From: Sphyrna mokarran | Taxonomy: Eukaryota | Direction of reading: 5' to 3' | DNA length: 64,000 nucleotides | Assembly: GCA_024679065.1 (NCBI GenBank) | Contig: JAGIQG010000014.1 | Span: 46,252,001 to 46,316,000 of the forward strand | Shown: positions 12,385-25,014 of the stretch, piece after piece | Numbering within the stretch: position 1 is the first letter of the stretch | Layout of the letters: each line of letters begins with the position of its first letter | Notes under the pieces: generated by a model | What the model was told of the DNA's origin: nothing | What the model saw: the letters and a program-made list of their open reading frames with translations, nothing else | Databases searched by the model: none | Position numbers and translations under genes: made by a program

Positions 12385-13220
12385 TTTATTTTTCCTGAAA
12401 ATACACTTTATTCCTCAAAGTTGTAAAGGTACATTATGTAACTGTTCAAGTTTTACCTTGCACAAAGTACCGTAGGTTCACTTTCTTTCAGTACAGTGCA
12501 TGAGGTGTCTCACAACACTTGTACATATACATTTCATGTCAAATTTTCTGAGTTTCTGAAAAACGAAAAAGAGTCTTTCATTGAGCTGATTGTCCTCCAA
12601 CAGCAGTTAACATTTGGCTTGGTGTGAATAGCCTGTAAAAAATGGAATCCTGTGTCACAGAGCTGCTCGGAATGAGCTTCATCATCTTTTTTGAGACTTG
12701 CTTTGCAAAGATATGTTTCAGAAAAAGGTGGGTGATGGTTTCTACCCCATTATAGTTGCATCAATGACAGCATGCAGAAGTAGAGAGGTTCCAGGCATAC
12801 AGGATGGATCTGATGAGGAGTGTCTTTTTATGATTGGCCAAGTTGTGTCTAGGTGCTTGTTTGAAAGTCCCAGGATGACTTTGAGAGTCTGCTCAGAAAC
12901 CATCCAACAAGGACTACCATCTCCTTTTCCTGCAGGGCCTGGAGGAAGTTAAATGCTCATCACTGCACTTAGACCATCATGGAGAATGCCTTGTATCTTG
13001 ATGACTAAGTTCTGAGAAGCAATGTCACTTCTACATGCCCAGTTTCTTTTTCTATCCTGGCTCCTTCCAGATTTTGGCACATATCCAGGTGTCTCTCTAA
13101 CATATTCCAGCACTTTAGGATTAAATCAAAGCACAAAAGGATGGTGTTTAGTATGGCGGGTCTCTGACATTGGAGTAGGAGCCTATGTTTTGTAGACCAA
13201 CCTGCAATAACAATTATCAT
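12385..13220 (-). mobile_element. L1/Tx1-clade LINE 3' fragment
   Basis: Reverse strand at ~12570-12608 translates CCWRTISSMKDSF, resembling the Tx1-type C-terminal WRTINSVKDALW-like motif. Reverse-strand aataaa and A-rich end near 12385-12412. Confidence 0.6.
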
Positions 13221-13861
13221 CTTTCAGGTAACTGCAAGATTGCATATCTGATGCTGCTAGTTTCGAAATAAACTAATCTGTAGCAAAGTCAGTAATCCAA
13301 TACATGAGTCAAGTAGGTGCACAATACACTTGAGCATTTTTGGTTGAAGTTAGGTGCTCAAAATTGATTGCAATACCCCAGATGGGAGCAGGCTGAGACT
13401 GCAAATCTATCAGTGTTCTAATCACTTGATAAAATTCGTGGTGCATGGGGTCAGAAGGCAGTTTAAGAAAGCATTTCCTGCCTTCAGAAATTTGTATTCA
13501 AAATCTACTGACTTCTGAGTCAGGAATGGGGAGCACATAAATAATTAAGATTGAGCAGGAGTCAGATCTATTAATGGGAGGTACCCCTAAAACATCTTAG
13601 ATCTAGTACTTTTCAATAATCAAATATTTGTCACCAAAAGCTAAGTTATTAAACTGAAATGTCAAATTTCTGAAGCTATCTTGTCCATTTGGAAAAAATG
13701 GACAAGATAGAAAAAAGTTACGAATAAAATTTATATTTTTAAGTAAAATGTAGTGCTAGTTTTAAAAATAAACATTCATGATGTGCTTAAAATGCTAATT
13801 CTCCCCAAAACTGTGACTAATAAAACATGAACTAACTTCTCTTGGTAATCAATAATCTTCC

Positions 13862-14165
13862 AGGCAGCACAGTGTTGAGCACTGCTGTCTCTCAGTGCCA
13901 AGGACCTGGGTTTGATTCCTGGCTTAAGTCACTGTCTGTGTGGAGTTTGTACATTCTTCCCATGTCTGTGTGGGTTTCCTCTGGGTGCTCCAGTTGCCTC
14001 CCACAGTCTGAAAGATGTGCTGTTAGATGCATTGGCCATTCTAAATTCTCCTTTAGTATATCTGAACAGGCGCTGGTGTGTGACAACTGGGGGATTTTCA
14101 TTGTAACTTCATTGCAGTGTTCAGGTAAGTCTTCTTGTGACACCAGTATATAAACTTTAAACTTA
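13862..14165 (+). mobile_element. HE1-like V-SINE, tail type B
   Basis: tRNA-like head (ggcagcacagtgttgagcactgctg...gggtttgattcc), V core (ctgtgtggagtttg...gggtttcctctgggtgctcc), tail ggggattttca..taacttcattgcagtg. Confidence 0.9.
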
Positions 14166-14201
14166 CACTGATTACGTTGACAAGTCTCTGCTTGCAGTTA
14201 C

Positions 14202-14392
14202 AAAAGCAAAATACTGCCGATGCTGGAAATCAGAAATAAAATCAGAATGCAGGAAACACTGAGAAAAGAAAAATTCTGCGATGCTGGAAATCTGAAATAA
14301 AAGCAGAATGCAGGAAACACTGAGCAGGTCAGGCAGCATCTGTGGAGAAATAAGCAGATTAACATTTCACGTAAATAACCCTTCACCTGAAC
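14202..14392 (-). mobile_element. PLE family-A terminus with tandem duplication of the 3' tip
   Basis: Two ~61-bp units (14202-14263 and 14264-14324), then gcaggtcaggcagcatctgtgg and a degraded hammerhead region. Confidence 0.8.
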
Positions 14393-14844
14393 CATTATGC
14401 AAAGCTTTCTGTTCTGGTAATGAATGCCTAGGGATTAAAATCTAAGATAAGAAACAACTGGCAGCACTAAACAAAGGTTGTAAACTTCTATATTAAATGG
14501 AAAACCGCATGGACAAGCTTTGGCTAAGCTCAGGAGCATGCAAGAGAATAGTTAGGAGTTATCAAGCAAGGCAATCAACTGGTCAAGAGAAGTGTACTGT
14601 CATGCGACAATGAGTATTCATTTAGAATCAATCAATAACTTGCCCTTTATGTTCACTAAGCAGCATAGTAATTGTTATCTGGTCTGTCTCTCCAGGTCTG
14701 TTTGAACAAGCTTTGAAGTAGTATGTGTGAAAGGATCAAATATTCAATTCAGATCACAAAAGGGCACTGTTTTCACACCCTGGGTTCACAATGTTGTATA
14801 GTTACATTTTGGATAGCATGAACACAATCCTGAATTTAAGACAC

Positions 14845-15912
14845 CAACCAGAAGGTCAAGGTCCTGATTGCACACATATCGAAGGTGCTCATCAAAGCGA
14901 TCACCCGGTCTACACTTGGTCTCTCTGATACAGAGGAGACCGCATTGGGAGCAGCAAATGCAATATACCAAATTGAAAGACGTGCAAATGAAGTGCTGCT
15001 TAACCTGGAATGAATGTTTTGGACATTGGATGGTAAGCATCCAAGGTAGGTAAAGGGGCAGATGTTACATCTTCTGCGATTGCATGGATGCCATGAGAGA
15101 CAGGAGAGGTGTTGGGTACAATGGAGGAGTGGACTATATTATCCCAGAGGGAATGGACTCTGCGGAATGCTGACAGAGGGAGTGAAGGGAAGATGTGGTT
15201 GGTGGCACTACACTGGAGTTGGCGAAAATGGCGGAGGATTATGCTTTGCATATGGAGGCTAGTGGGGTGAAATGTGAAAACAAGGGGTGCTCTATCCTTG
15301 TACTGGGAGGAAGTGAGGGTCATGACACAGGCGATGGACTGCGCACTGTTGAGAGTCTTGTTGACAACTATAGATGGGAATCCACGGTTGAGGTGCACGT
15401 ATTAGAAGCACCACTTTGGGAAGTGGCATCATCGGAACAAATGCAATGGAGGTGGAGGATGTGAACAGCTGTCATCCAGATAGCTGTGGGAGTCAGTGGG
15501 TTTGTAATGGATATCATTAGATAATCTACTGTCAGAAATGGAGACAGAAGGGAAGGGAAGTGTCTGAGATGGATCAGGTGAAGGCAATGGAGGGATGGAA
15601 ATTGGAAGTGAACTTGATGAATTTCTTGAGGTCTGGATGAGAGCATGAAGTGTCACTAAAATAGTCATTGATGTGCCGGTAAAGGAGTTGTGGGAGGGGA
15701 CCTGAGTATGCTTGGAACAAGGAATGTTCCACATACCCCATTTTAAAAAAAGTGTTGCTAAGACCCATTATTATGAGTTAAAGGAAAAGTTGAGGGATAG
15801 AATGAATTCAGCCAGATGGAGGAGAGTGGTGGTGGATAGGAATTATTCAGGCCTCTTTTCAAAAAAGAAACAAAGAGCTTTCAGGCCATCCTGGTGTGGG
15901 ATGGAGATGTAG
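14845..15912 (-). mobile_element. Penelope-like element RT/GIY-YIG fragment (family A), degenerate
   Basis: Frameshifted ORFs: GYVEHSLFQ..LLYRHINDYF, NDIHYKPTDSHSYLD, NLVYCICCSQCGLLCIRETK..DRFDEHL. Confidence 0.9.
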
Positions 15913-15924
15913 AGAGTTTTTTTT

Positions 15925-17552
15925 ATGGGGTATGTGGAATATTCCTTGTTCCAGGCCTACCCCAGGGTCCTCTCCCACAACTTCTTTACTGGTCATCGAT
16001 GGCTATTTTGGTGCTGCTTCAAAAAATTCATCAACTTCACTTCCAACTTTCACCCTTCCATCACCTTCACCTGGTCCATTTCAGACACTTCCCTTCCTTA
16101 TCTTTCTGTCTCCATTTCCAGCAATAGACTATCTAGCAATATCCATTACAAGCTCACTGACTCCCACAGCTGTCTGGACTACAGCTCTTCACACCCCACA
16201 TCCTTTAAGGATTCCATCTCTTTCTCTCAGCTCCTTCGCCTCTGTCACGTTTGTTCCTATGATGCCACTTTCCAAAGTGCTGATTCCATAGGTGCCCATT
16301 TTACCTCAACCATGGATTGCCATCGACAGTTGTTAACAGAGCCTTCAAAAGCGTGCAGTCCATCACCCGTGCCATGACCCTCATCCCCACCCTTCTTCCC
16401 AGAACAAGGATAAAATCCCCCTTGTTCCCACATTTCACCCCACCAGCCTCTACATTAAAAGCAAAATCCTCCACTATTTTTACCAACTCCAGCATGATGC
16501 CACACTGAAACATATTTTCCTTTCACTTCCTCTGTCAGCATTCCACAGAGATCATTCCCTTCGGGATAATCTAGATCACCCCTCCACTGTATCCAACACC
16601 TCTCTGTCACTCAATCCCATATAATCACAGAAGATATAACACCTGTACCTTTGCCTCTTCTACGCCTACCATCCAAGGTCCAAAACATTCATTCCAGGTT
16701 AAGCAGCATTTCACTTGCACTTCTTTCAATCTGGTGTGTTGCATTTGCTGTTTTCAATGTGGTCCCTTCTATATCAGAAAGACCAAGCATAGTCTGGGTG
16801 ATTGCTTTGCTGTACACCTTCAGTCTGTGTGCAATGAGGACACTGATTTTTTGGTTGCTTGTCGTTTTAACACACAATCCTGCTCCCACATCCACAGGTC
16901 TATCCTTGGCTGCTACAATGTTCCAGTGAAGCTCAATGCAAACTGGAGGAACAGCATCTTATCTTTCAGCTAGGCACTTTACAGCTTTCTTATCTCAACA
17001 TTGAATTCAACAACTTCAGATGATTTTTCCTACCCCACCTCAATTCCTATGTTTTTAATATATTTAATTCTTTTACTGTTCTCTACTTTTTATTTCTTTA
17101 TTGTCTTTCTTCATTTTTCTCCTCTCCCCCAACTCTTTCCGCCTACTTTGCCCCCTTCCCTTACATTTTCTCTTCCTTTGCTTCCCCTTTGTTAAATTTT
17201 AACCTCTGTCCCATTCATTACCATCCCTACCCCCCGCCACATCTTCATCTGTCACAGTTTATTCTCTTATTTTAGCTTCTCTGCATCTGGCCATTCACAC
17301 CCTTTATTCTGTCTGTGGACAGCCATTTGCACCTTTTCCCCTGGTTTCTTTTGCAATGACTCATCTTTCATTCACTCACCCTGCAATATAAATGTCTCCC
17401 ACTTTCTATACAGTTTAGCTTTGATAAAGGATCATATGAACTCGAAATGTCAGCTCTTTTCTCTCCTTACAGATGCTGCCAGACCTGCTGAGATTTTCTA
17501 GCATTTTGTCTTATGGTTTCAGATTTCATCATCTGCAGTAATTTGCTTTTAT
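15925..17552 (+). mobile_element. Penelope-like element 3' half with terminal repeat (family A), degenerate
   Basis: GYVEYSLFQ..., NIHYKLTDSHSCLDYSSSHP, CICCFQCGPFYIRKTK; pyrimidine-rich UTR; hammerhead-like region at ~17416-17457. Confidence 0.9.
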
Positions 17553-17555
17553 CCA

Positions 17556-17900
17556 ATGCTGAAGGAGGACTTGATCAAGGTGTACCAAGTAATAAAGTAC
17601 AGATGAAGGAACTTCTTCCTTTAATAGAGTGAACAATAACTAGGGGTCATAGATTTAGAGGGGATTTGAGGAAAAACTTTCTCACCCAAATGGTGGTCTT
17701 AATCTAGAACTCACTGCCTGAAAGGGTGGTAGAGGTGGGAATTTTCTTAACATTTAAGAAGCATTTAGATGAGCACTTGCAAAGCCATAGCATAAAGTTC
17801 AAAGCAAGTGCCAGAAAATGGGATCAGAATAGATGTGTTTAATGGTTGGCATGGACACAATGGACAAAGGGCATCTTTTTGAGCTGTAAAATTCTATGAC
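17556..17900 (+). mobile_element. CR1-type LINE 3' end
   Basis: Reads approximately L..DLIKVY..TRGHRF..FLTQ.VV..NSLP, and ends tgtaaaattctatgac. Confidence 0.8.
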
Positions 17901-18134
17901 AACATTTTATCCTGTTAATGAAAAATACCACTCCACATAGTCACTGCATAACAGCAGTGTGAAATAGCTCCTCATTGCTTTATGGCAACATTTTGGCCAA
18001 TCAGAGCTGACCTGCCAATGATGCACACCTTTTTCTCCAAACTGTTCCTTTGAAATGTGGCATTCTTGCATTTGTCCTGATGAATGCAAAACTAAAAGCT
18101 TTGGCAAAATGTCTCTCTTTTCAGTAATATCACA

Positions 18135-18448
18135 TCATAGAATCATGGAATCCCTAATGCAGAAGGAGGCCATTTGGTCCATTGAGTCTGCATCAACCAC
18201 AATCCCATCAGGCCTTATTCCTGTAACCCCACATATTTATCCTGTTAACTCCCTGACACTAATGTCAATTTAACATGGCTAATCAACCTAACCTATGCAT
18301 TTTTGGAGTATGGGGAAGTAATTAGGGCACCCAGCGGAAACCCATGCTGACCGAGGGAAACTCCACACAGTCACTCAAGGCTGGAATTGAATCTGGATCC
18401 CTGATCTGTGAAGTAGTAGTGCTAACCACCATAACACTGTGTCACCCT
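18135..18448 (-). mobile_element. HE1-like V-SINE, tail type A
   Basis: catagaatcatggaatccc..gcagaaggaggccatt tail, V core, gtgctaaccac head. Confidence 0.85.
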
Positions 18449-19225
18449 TTTGGAGTAGACAAAAAATTGATGTAGTGGGAATGACACAGAATTTGATGCC
18501 ATGTGTAATTTTCTGGTTCATTGAGTGTTTTCACTCATGGGGTATGAAGGATTGACTTAAGCAATATTTGCTTTGGTGATGAAAATTATATGTTTGTAAA
18601 GACCACATCAGTTAAAAATAACAGGAGAAAACCTGAACTAAACTAAACTAGGACAAAATATTTGCATTAATTGATTGAAAAAGAAAGAACTTTGAAACTA
18701 TATTTCAATCTGAGACTATTTGTATTTAAAAAGACAAAGTGCCCCAAATGTAAGACACTGTCAAAGAAGACAGTTATAGAAAAACTAGGATGAGTTTTAC
18801 TAACTTTAATAAATAAAAAAAAATTAAGAAGAATGATGGGGAAAATGGGATCTCAATGAAGCAGAGACATTTTTTAAAAATTTATATTTTTGGGTTTGTA
18901 TCTGTAGGTTTACACTAGTTATTTTTAAATAGCATTTAAAATATCAATATTGTTCTGACATTAATGTTTATTTCTACATCATATTAATCAAAGTTTTAAA
19001 AAATACGTTAAATTTCTGCACATGATTGCCTGGAGTTAGTTTTTAGTTGGTGGATGATTGAAAGAGGATTGTGGATAGGATCATTTTGCCAACTCTACAC
19101 ATCCAAATAATGGAGAAGAACAAGGCTTACAACGTCCAATCTCCGGGCTCATACCTCATAGGTATTCATAACATGCATTGGGTTTCCCCCAGAAACCACC
19201 ACACAAGGCCTTCGTTGGAACTGCC

Positions 19226-19346
19226 TTGGAAGTTTACCACCCCTCTGTCATGGAATCAGAGCAGGCAAGGGGCGGACAATGGAAATGTCCATCAATCTCG
19301 GGTGTGAATTTCTGATCTTGCTGAAGCAAGGCTGTAAAATCCCGCT
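19226..19346. mobile_element. ~120-bp MITE-like element (copy 1)
   Basis: Colinear with 30213-30340 (ggaa.tttaccac...acaatggaaa.gtccat...agcaaggc.gtaaaatcc); ends are imperfect inverted repeats. Confidence 0.55.
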
Positions 19347-19744
19347 GCTGATGTATTAAGAACCATGCGATACTCGGATATAAATTGGATGTTTCCAACT
19401 GCTTTACAGGAAGTTCCCAAGAAAGGTTTGAATAATTAAAAATTAAAACCACTTCAAACTCCTTAATTACATTAATGATGCCCTTCAGCCCCCCTGGTAC
19501 TTTCAGAGGATGGTTGGGTGTGGAGGTGGGTGATGGCATCAAAGAACACTGCAGAGTCAGGACAAGTGTTCTTGCTTTTCCTAAAGAAAACACTTAAACA
19601 AAAAGTGTGAAGCTAACTCAAAGAAACTCAATGCCTGTCCTGCTCTTCCGGTCCATCAATACACATTGGTCCCTCATTAAAATATTTTTGAGGCTTAACA
19701 GCTGTTAGATACCTAAAACATGGTCGCAATGAATTCGCAATAAA

Positions 19745-19852
19745 AGGGGAATGGTTTAGGTTAGAGGGTCACTGCTTATTCCTAATTGGTCGGCGCAACA
19801 TCGAAGGCCGAAGGGCCTGTTCTGCGTTGTAATGTTCTATGTTCTATGTTCC
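19745..19852 (+). mobile_element. CR1 3' tip with (tgttcta)n tail
   Basis: ggtcggcgcaacatcgaaggccgaagggcctg..tgtaatgttctatgttctatgtt, same as 46060-46157. Confidence 0.85.
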
Positions 19853-20772
19853 CACTCTACCCCCACCTACTCTCCACATCCCCACATACCCTCTCAACTA
19901 CCCTATTCACCACTGACTACACTCTAGATCCCCTGACCATGCCCCCCCCCCCCCACCCCCAACATGCCAACTTCCCAAGTCCCCTTGACTACCTTCACAA
20001 ACCTGCCAACTACTTCAAAATTCCTTTCCGCTTTCCTGATTCTCCGATAACCCCCAGCTGCCTCCCAAACCACTGACCACCTGAACGTCCCTCCCCTAAT
20101 CCTTCCATGCACCCCCCCCCCCCCCTGAAACATGGACCAATTGACCCCCCAGTTACATTTTCTACTTACTTTCTCCCTGGCTTCTCAAAGTTGTTCAATT
20201 TTAGAGTCAGAGAGGTTGATTGGCATTTATAGTTATTTCAGGCTAATAGTTATTTCAGATTACACTACTTATGTCCCTTCTAAGTAACTGGCATGCATGG
20301 ATACACAGAAGCCCAGAAGGTACCATACAGACCTTGTTCCATGTTAAATACTTTACTCGTGAGAGTACACGTAGCATTGGCTATCCACAATAAACTTGGC
20401 AGGGAATGTTGCTTACAAAATTTAATTAAAAAATTTAACTACCTTTGGCAAATTAAATGAGCAAATAATGTGCAAATCCAATCAGTTTTTAAAAATTAGG
20501 AGACTAAAGGCAAAGTGCATTTTGCTTGAGGTAAATGGCAGAGTAACGTAAATCAATAAGTAAATTCTGGAGATTTGCAAATCTCAGCATATCTTTTGAC
20601 CTCTCAATCTCCTGAACTTTTCAAACAATTTGTACATTAATAATGTATTGGCGCAAAATGTTATTTTCAAGCAAGATCCAGCCCAATTATTTCCTTAACG
20701 GTTTTAACAATATGGATATTGGATATGGATTTGAACAACATGGATTTTAAATCTGGTCCATAGTTATTTCTG

Positions 20773-20786
20773 CCAATAGATGGCAG
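20773..20786 (+). promoter_or_regulatory. CTCF-like motif
   Basis: CCAATAGATGGCAG, one mismatch to the CCASYAGRKGGCRS core. Confidence 0.3.
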
Positions 20787-20921
20787 TATGTTTGTTCAGG
20801 ATTCAGAGAAACAACAGTAAATGTTAGGAGATGCAGTTGAAAATATTACAGAATATGTTTCAATTCCCAGGAGATTTCTTCTTGTGAATGTGGAAGAGCT
20901 GCCATATTTCCATTGTATGGA

Positions 20922-21712
20922 TATCAGCTATGGTCTCATTGGTAACCCTGTTGTCTGAATCAAAAGGTTCTAGGTTGATGTCCCACTCCAGGACTTGAAC
21001 TTGAAAATACAGGTCTGACACTCCAGTACAGTGCAGAGGGTGTGTTATACCACTATAGGTGCAGTATTTAAATCAAAGCCCAGTATGCCCTCTCAGATGA
21101 ACATTTTCTTTATTCATTTGTGAGCATGGGCATCACTAGTTAATCATCGTTTATTGCCCTTGAAAGGCATTAAGAGTCAACCACTTTGCCCTGGCTCTGG
21201 AGCCACATGTAAGCCAGACTAAGTTAGAATAGTAGATTTCCTTCCCTGAAAGACATTAGTGAACCAGGTGGGTTTTATCAACAAATTGATAATTGTTTCA
21301 TGCTCATCAGTGGATTCTTAATTCCAGATATTTTTAATTAAATTCAAATTCCACCATCTGCCACGGTGGGACTCAAACCCAGGTCCCCAGAACTTTAGCT
21401 AACTTTCTAAATTAATAGTCTAACGATAATGCCACTAGGCCACAGACTCCCTTAAAAGAAAATGATCCTGTAGCACGATAAGAGCCGGAAAAATATTCCT
21501 GGTGTCCTGGCCACTACTTATCTTTCAATCAACATAACAAAACAGATTATCTGGTCATTATCATATTGCTGTCTGTGGGAGTGTACTCTGTGCAAATTAG
21601 CTGCCATATTTTCTACATTGCTCTTGCATTAAAAGTTCATTGTTGGCTATTAAATGCTTTGGACATCCTACAATCGTGTAAGGTATTATATAAATGCAAG
21701 TTTCTTTCTTTT
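20922..21712 (+). mobile_element. Deu-domain SINE (SacSINE1/AmnSINE1-like), split by a younger SINE
   Basis: tRNA-like head at 20922-21102; resumes at ~21452 with ggtgtcctggcca..cagattatctggtcattatcatattgctg..gtgcaaattagctgcc; tail tatataaatgcaagtttctttc. Confidence 0.8.
21105..21451 (-). mobile_element. tRNA-derived SINE (family C) sharing its 3' tail with LINE family 2
   Basis: Reverse strand reads gtggcctagtggcattatc...gacctgggtttgagtcccaccgtggcagatggtggaatttgaa; colinear with 24588-24930. Confidence 0.8.
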
Positions 21713-22699
21713 AGTGCCGTTCTTAGGTATTCTAAGAGTGTGGTACTGGGTATTCTTGAGCAATTACAGTCTTTGTAATGGTGACATTCCACAATTACAG
21801 TCAGGTAGGGAATTACATGATGTTTGGCCCAACTACAATGAAGGAATCATGATGATGTCCAAGTCAGGAATCGTGCTTCCATGGCACAACTGCTCTTTTC
21901 CTTCTTCTTCATATGAGAAGGTGCTGAACTGAAAGGTGCTGTTGAAATCAGCAGCAATTGCTCCAGTGTATCCTTTGAATGACACATCCTGCAACTACAG
22001 TATTCCAGTGTTAGAATAGACGGTAGTTTCTTAATTCTCCCTTCTTTGGACTCTGTTATGTCCACCCAAACACTTTGAACCACCTGCGTCAACAAGGATT
22101 GCTGCAAACCAACTATCCAATACAGATATTATAATGAGATAAATTAACCAATTGATGTAAGTTGAACGTGCATTTTAAACAGCAATTAGTTTTTACTTCC
22201 CTTTAATATGATAGTGGTTTCATTCACCCTCCCGAACTCTGTTCACCAGACCTTTCTCTGGCAACAGTCTGAGATTAAACCTGTCTGTTTGCAAATTGGG
22301 CCTGGATTTTCATCACAACTTGAGAGGTTCTCTACTGTGGTGAAAATCCTGGAAATGGCCATTAGTTCATGAGCTTGTTATCTCTCAAACAGACAGGGGC
22401 AGGCCTGGATTAAAGCGGGAGTTCACGGATGTGTAATTCACAGAGGTAGTTGGCATTAAAATCACTGGCTGCAGCACTGGTGTTGGATTTTTGGAAGTAC
22501 AAGATTATGGAATCTGGACTGTGCAGAAAGATAGGAAAAGTAATTGAGGTTTTAATTTTGTGTATATGTTCCAGTAACCTTTTGGAGAGATAAGGTATCA
22601 TGTTGGATAGGGTCCCGGAACACCTAAGGAATAAGTAAGGTACCCTTTGGCATTGTTAAAAGTCCACATGATTATGCATTTTTTTACATATAAAATCAC

Positions 22700-22910
22700 T
22701 AGAACTTTCAAGGAACTGCCAAAGTGCTGTACAGCTGTCAAGGAATTGTCATGGAATTGTCCAACTGTCGAGAAGATGTCAACTAGCTATCAAAGCTATC
22801 CAGGAAGTGCCAAACTAGTCAAAGATATCAAAGTTACCCAGGAAATGTCAAACCGGTCAAAGGTGACAAAGCTATCCACAAAGTGTCAAAGTTTTCAGGA
22901 ACTTCAAGGA
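22700..22910. repeat. Degenerate short-period tandem array
   Basis: Recurring tgtcaa/tgccaa, caggaa and aaagct/aaagtt words at roughly 10-20 bp spacing. Confidence 0.6.
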
Positions 22911-22989
22911 TATTCAGTGAGTTGGCATGGAGATGTGAGGAGTGAGAACTAGAGGAATGTATTTTGTTTTATTTTCATTTTCTTTCTCT

Positions 22990-23225
22990 TGGTCACCACA
23001 CTTCGCTACCTGTTCAGGTACACTGAGGGAGAATTTAGCATGGTCAATGCACCTAACCTGCACATCTTTGGACTGTGGAAGAAAACTGGAGTACCCAAAA
23101 CAAACCCACGCAGACACAGGGAGAATGTGCAAACTCCATACAGACAGTGACCCAAGCTGGGAATCGAATCCAGGTTCCTGGTGCTGTGAGGCAGCAGTGC
23201 TAACCACTGTATCACCATGCCACCA
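22990..23225 (-). mobile_element. HE1-like V-SINE (tail type B, 3'-truncated)
   Basis: cctgttcaggtacactgagggagaatttagcatgg...gtgaggcagcagtgctaaccactgtatcaccatgccacc. Confidence 0.9.
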
Positions 23226-23479
23226 AACATAGTTCTGTAGCACAGAGGTAGATCTTGCATGCAGCCCAGCTCTGTACCCAGATGCCTGTGAATTCATTCC
23301 ATGGTCATCCACCCTGACAACTGTTTCTGCCTGTCACCCCTACCATCCCCCGCCCCCCACAACCAAAAATCTGACTTGTGAGAAGACATCGTTAAAGGTT
23401 GGGGTTGTCAAACCAGGAAATCTCCCAAATCTAGCCTGACTTGGGATGAAAGTCTCAACATTGATGTCACATTTGACCC

Positions 23480-24155
23480 CGGGTGAGCTTCAGATCATGC
23501 ATTCACACCATCACTGAAGCCACCTATTTCCAAATCCATAATATCACTCAATTTTGCACCACACCATCTCAACTCACCACTGGTCAAAACACTGATTCAT
23601 GCCTTTTTACCTCAGGACCCAACCTCCAAAGTTTTAGCTGGCTTCCCACATCATACCCTACATAAACTTGAGGTCATCCAAAACTCAGCTGCCCGTGTCT
23701 TAATTCCAGCAATTCCAATTCACCGATCGCCCCCTCAACTCATCATCTCACATTGGCTCCCAGTAAAGCATCATCTGGATTTTAAAATGCCTGTCCTTGT
23801 TCGCAAATCCCCATGGCCTCACCCCTTCCTTTCTCCAGCCTAACAGCCCTCCAAGAAATCTGTGCTCCTTAATCCCAGCCTCTTGAGAAGCCTGCAATTT
23901 AATTGTCCCAACATTGGTGTACACATTTTCAGTTGCCTTGACTCTAAGCTCTGAAATCATCTTCCTATACCTCTCCACATCACATTCCTCTGTTAAGATA
24001 CTTGTTAGAAGAAATTTGACCAAACTTTGGTCAGCTTCTCTAATATCTCTATGTGGTTCAGTTTTGTGCTTTAATTTAAAATGTTTTATAATATTCCTAT
24101 GAAGAAATCTGGAGATTTTGTGACATTAAAGATGCTTTATAAATATAAGCTGTAA
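23480..24155 (+). mobile_element. L2-clade LINE 3' fragment
   Basis: KTLIHAF (aaaacactgattcatgccttt), KLEVIQNSAARVL, LHWL-like motif; tail attaaagatgctttataaat. Confidence 0.85.
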
Positions 24156-24587
24156 TAAATTTCCTACATAATAAAATATTTCATTGCCTGTGAAACAGTT
24201 TGCTTATGAAAAGTGCTGTATAGATGGACTGATTTCCCTTTCAGACCTTGTAACTCCATCTATAAATTACAAAGCAGATGTATTGAACCTAAAAATAGAG
24301 CAGTCGCAAAATTATTTCACGAGTATTGTTATCACTAGCTGTCTAACATGTAGATCAACTTGGAGTTTAAAATCTTATACTGTAGTCCACATGCTAAGTC
24401 TATGTGAATCCTAACAAGGCTGTGTGAAAGCAGAAACATGCGCCTGAATCTTCTGAGCAGAGACAATACCATATGCAAACCTACTGCACACAGAAGTTCT
24501 GCCAACCCAATGCTGTTGCACACTTCTGGGATCTTGAAATCCCAGATGTCAAAGAAATGTGCACTGCAGCATCTCATAAGTCTAATC

Positions 24588-24930
24588 TGTTATTCATTTG
24601 TGGGACATGGGTGTCGCTGGCTGGCCAGGATTTGCCCATGTCTTGTTGCTCTTATCGAGTGGCTTGCTGGGCCATTCCAGAGTGTAGTTGAGAGTCAACC
24701 AAGCTCTGGAGTCACATGTGGACCAGAGCAGGTAAGGGCAACAGATTTCCTTCCCTAAAGGACATTAGTGTACCAGATGACAATCGGCAATTGTTTCATA
24801 GCATCAATAAATTCTTTATTCCGGGTGTTTTTTTGAATAAATTCAAATTCCACCCTCTGCCGTGGCGGGATTCGAACCCAGATCTCCAGTACCTTAGTCT
24901 AGTAATAATACTACTAGGCCATCGCTTCCC
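24588..24930 (-). mobile_element. tRNA-derived SINE (family C)
   Basis: Reverse-strand head ggggaagcgatggcctagtag...gggttcgaatcccgccacggcag with an intact B box; colinear with 21105-21451. Confidence 0.85.
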
Positions 24931-25014
24931 CTCAAGTCAAGGGAACATGTGGACATGCTCCCTTTTATAAACACCAACTGCCATATTCTACCTGGTAAGT
25001 TTAAAGGTCTAGTT

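Noticed and set aside
13842-14153. Recurrent peptides such as SLSVWSLHILPVS / MCKLHTDS as a gene family
   Set aside because: They are translations of the non-coding V-SINE core
24860-24930. tRNA gene (A/B boxes, gggttcgaatccc)
   Set aside because: It is a SINE head joined to a SINE body and LINE-derived tail, with no cloverleaf end
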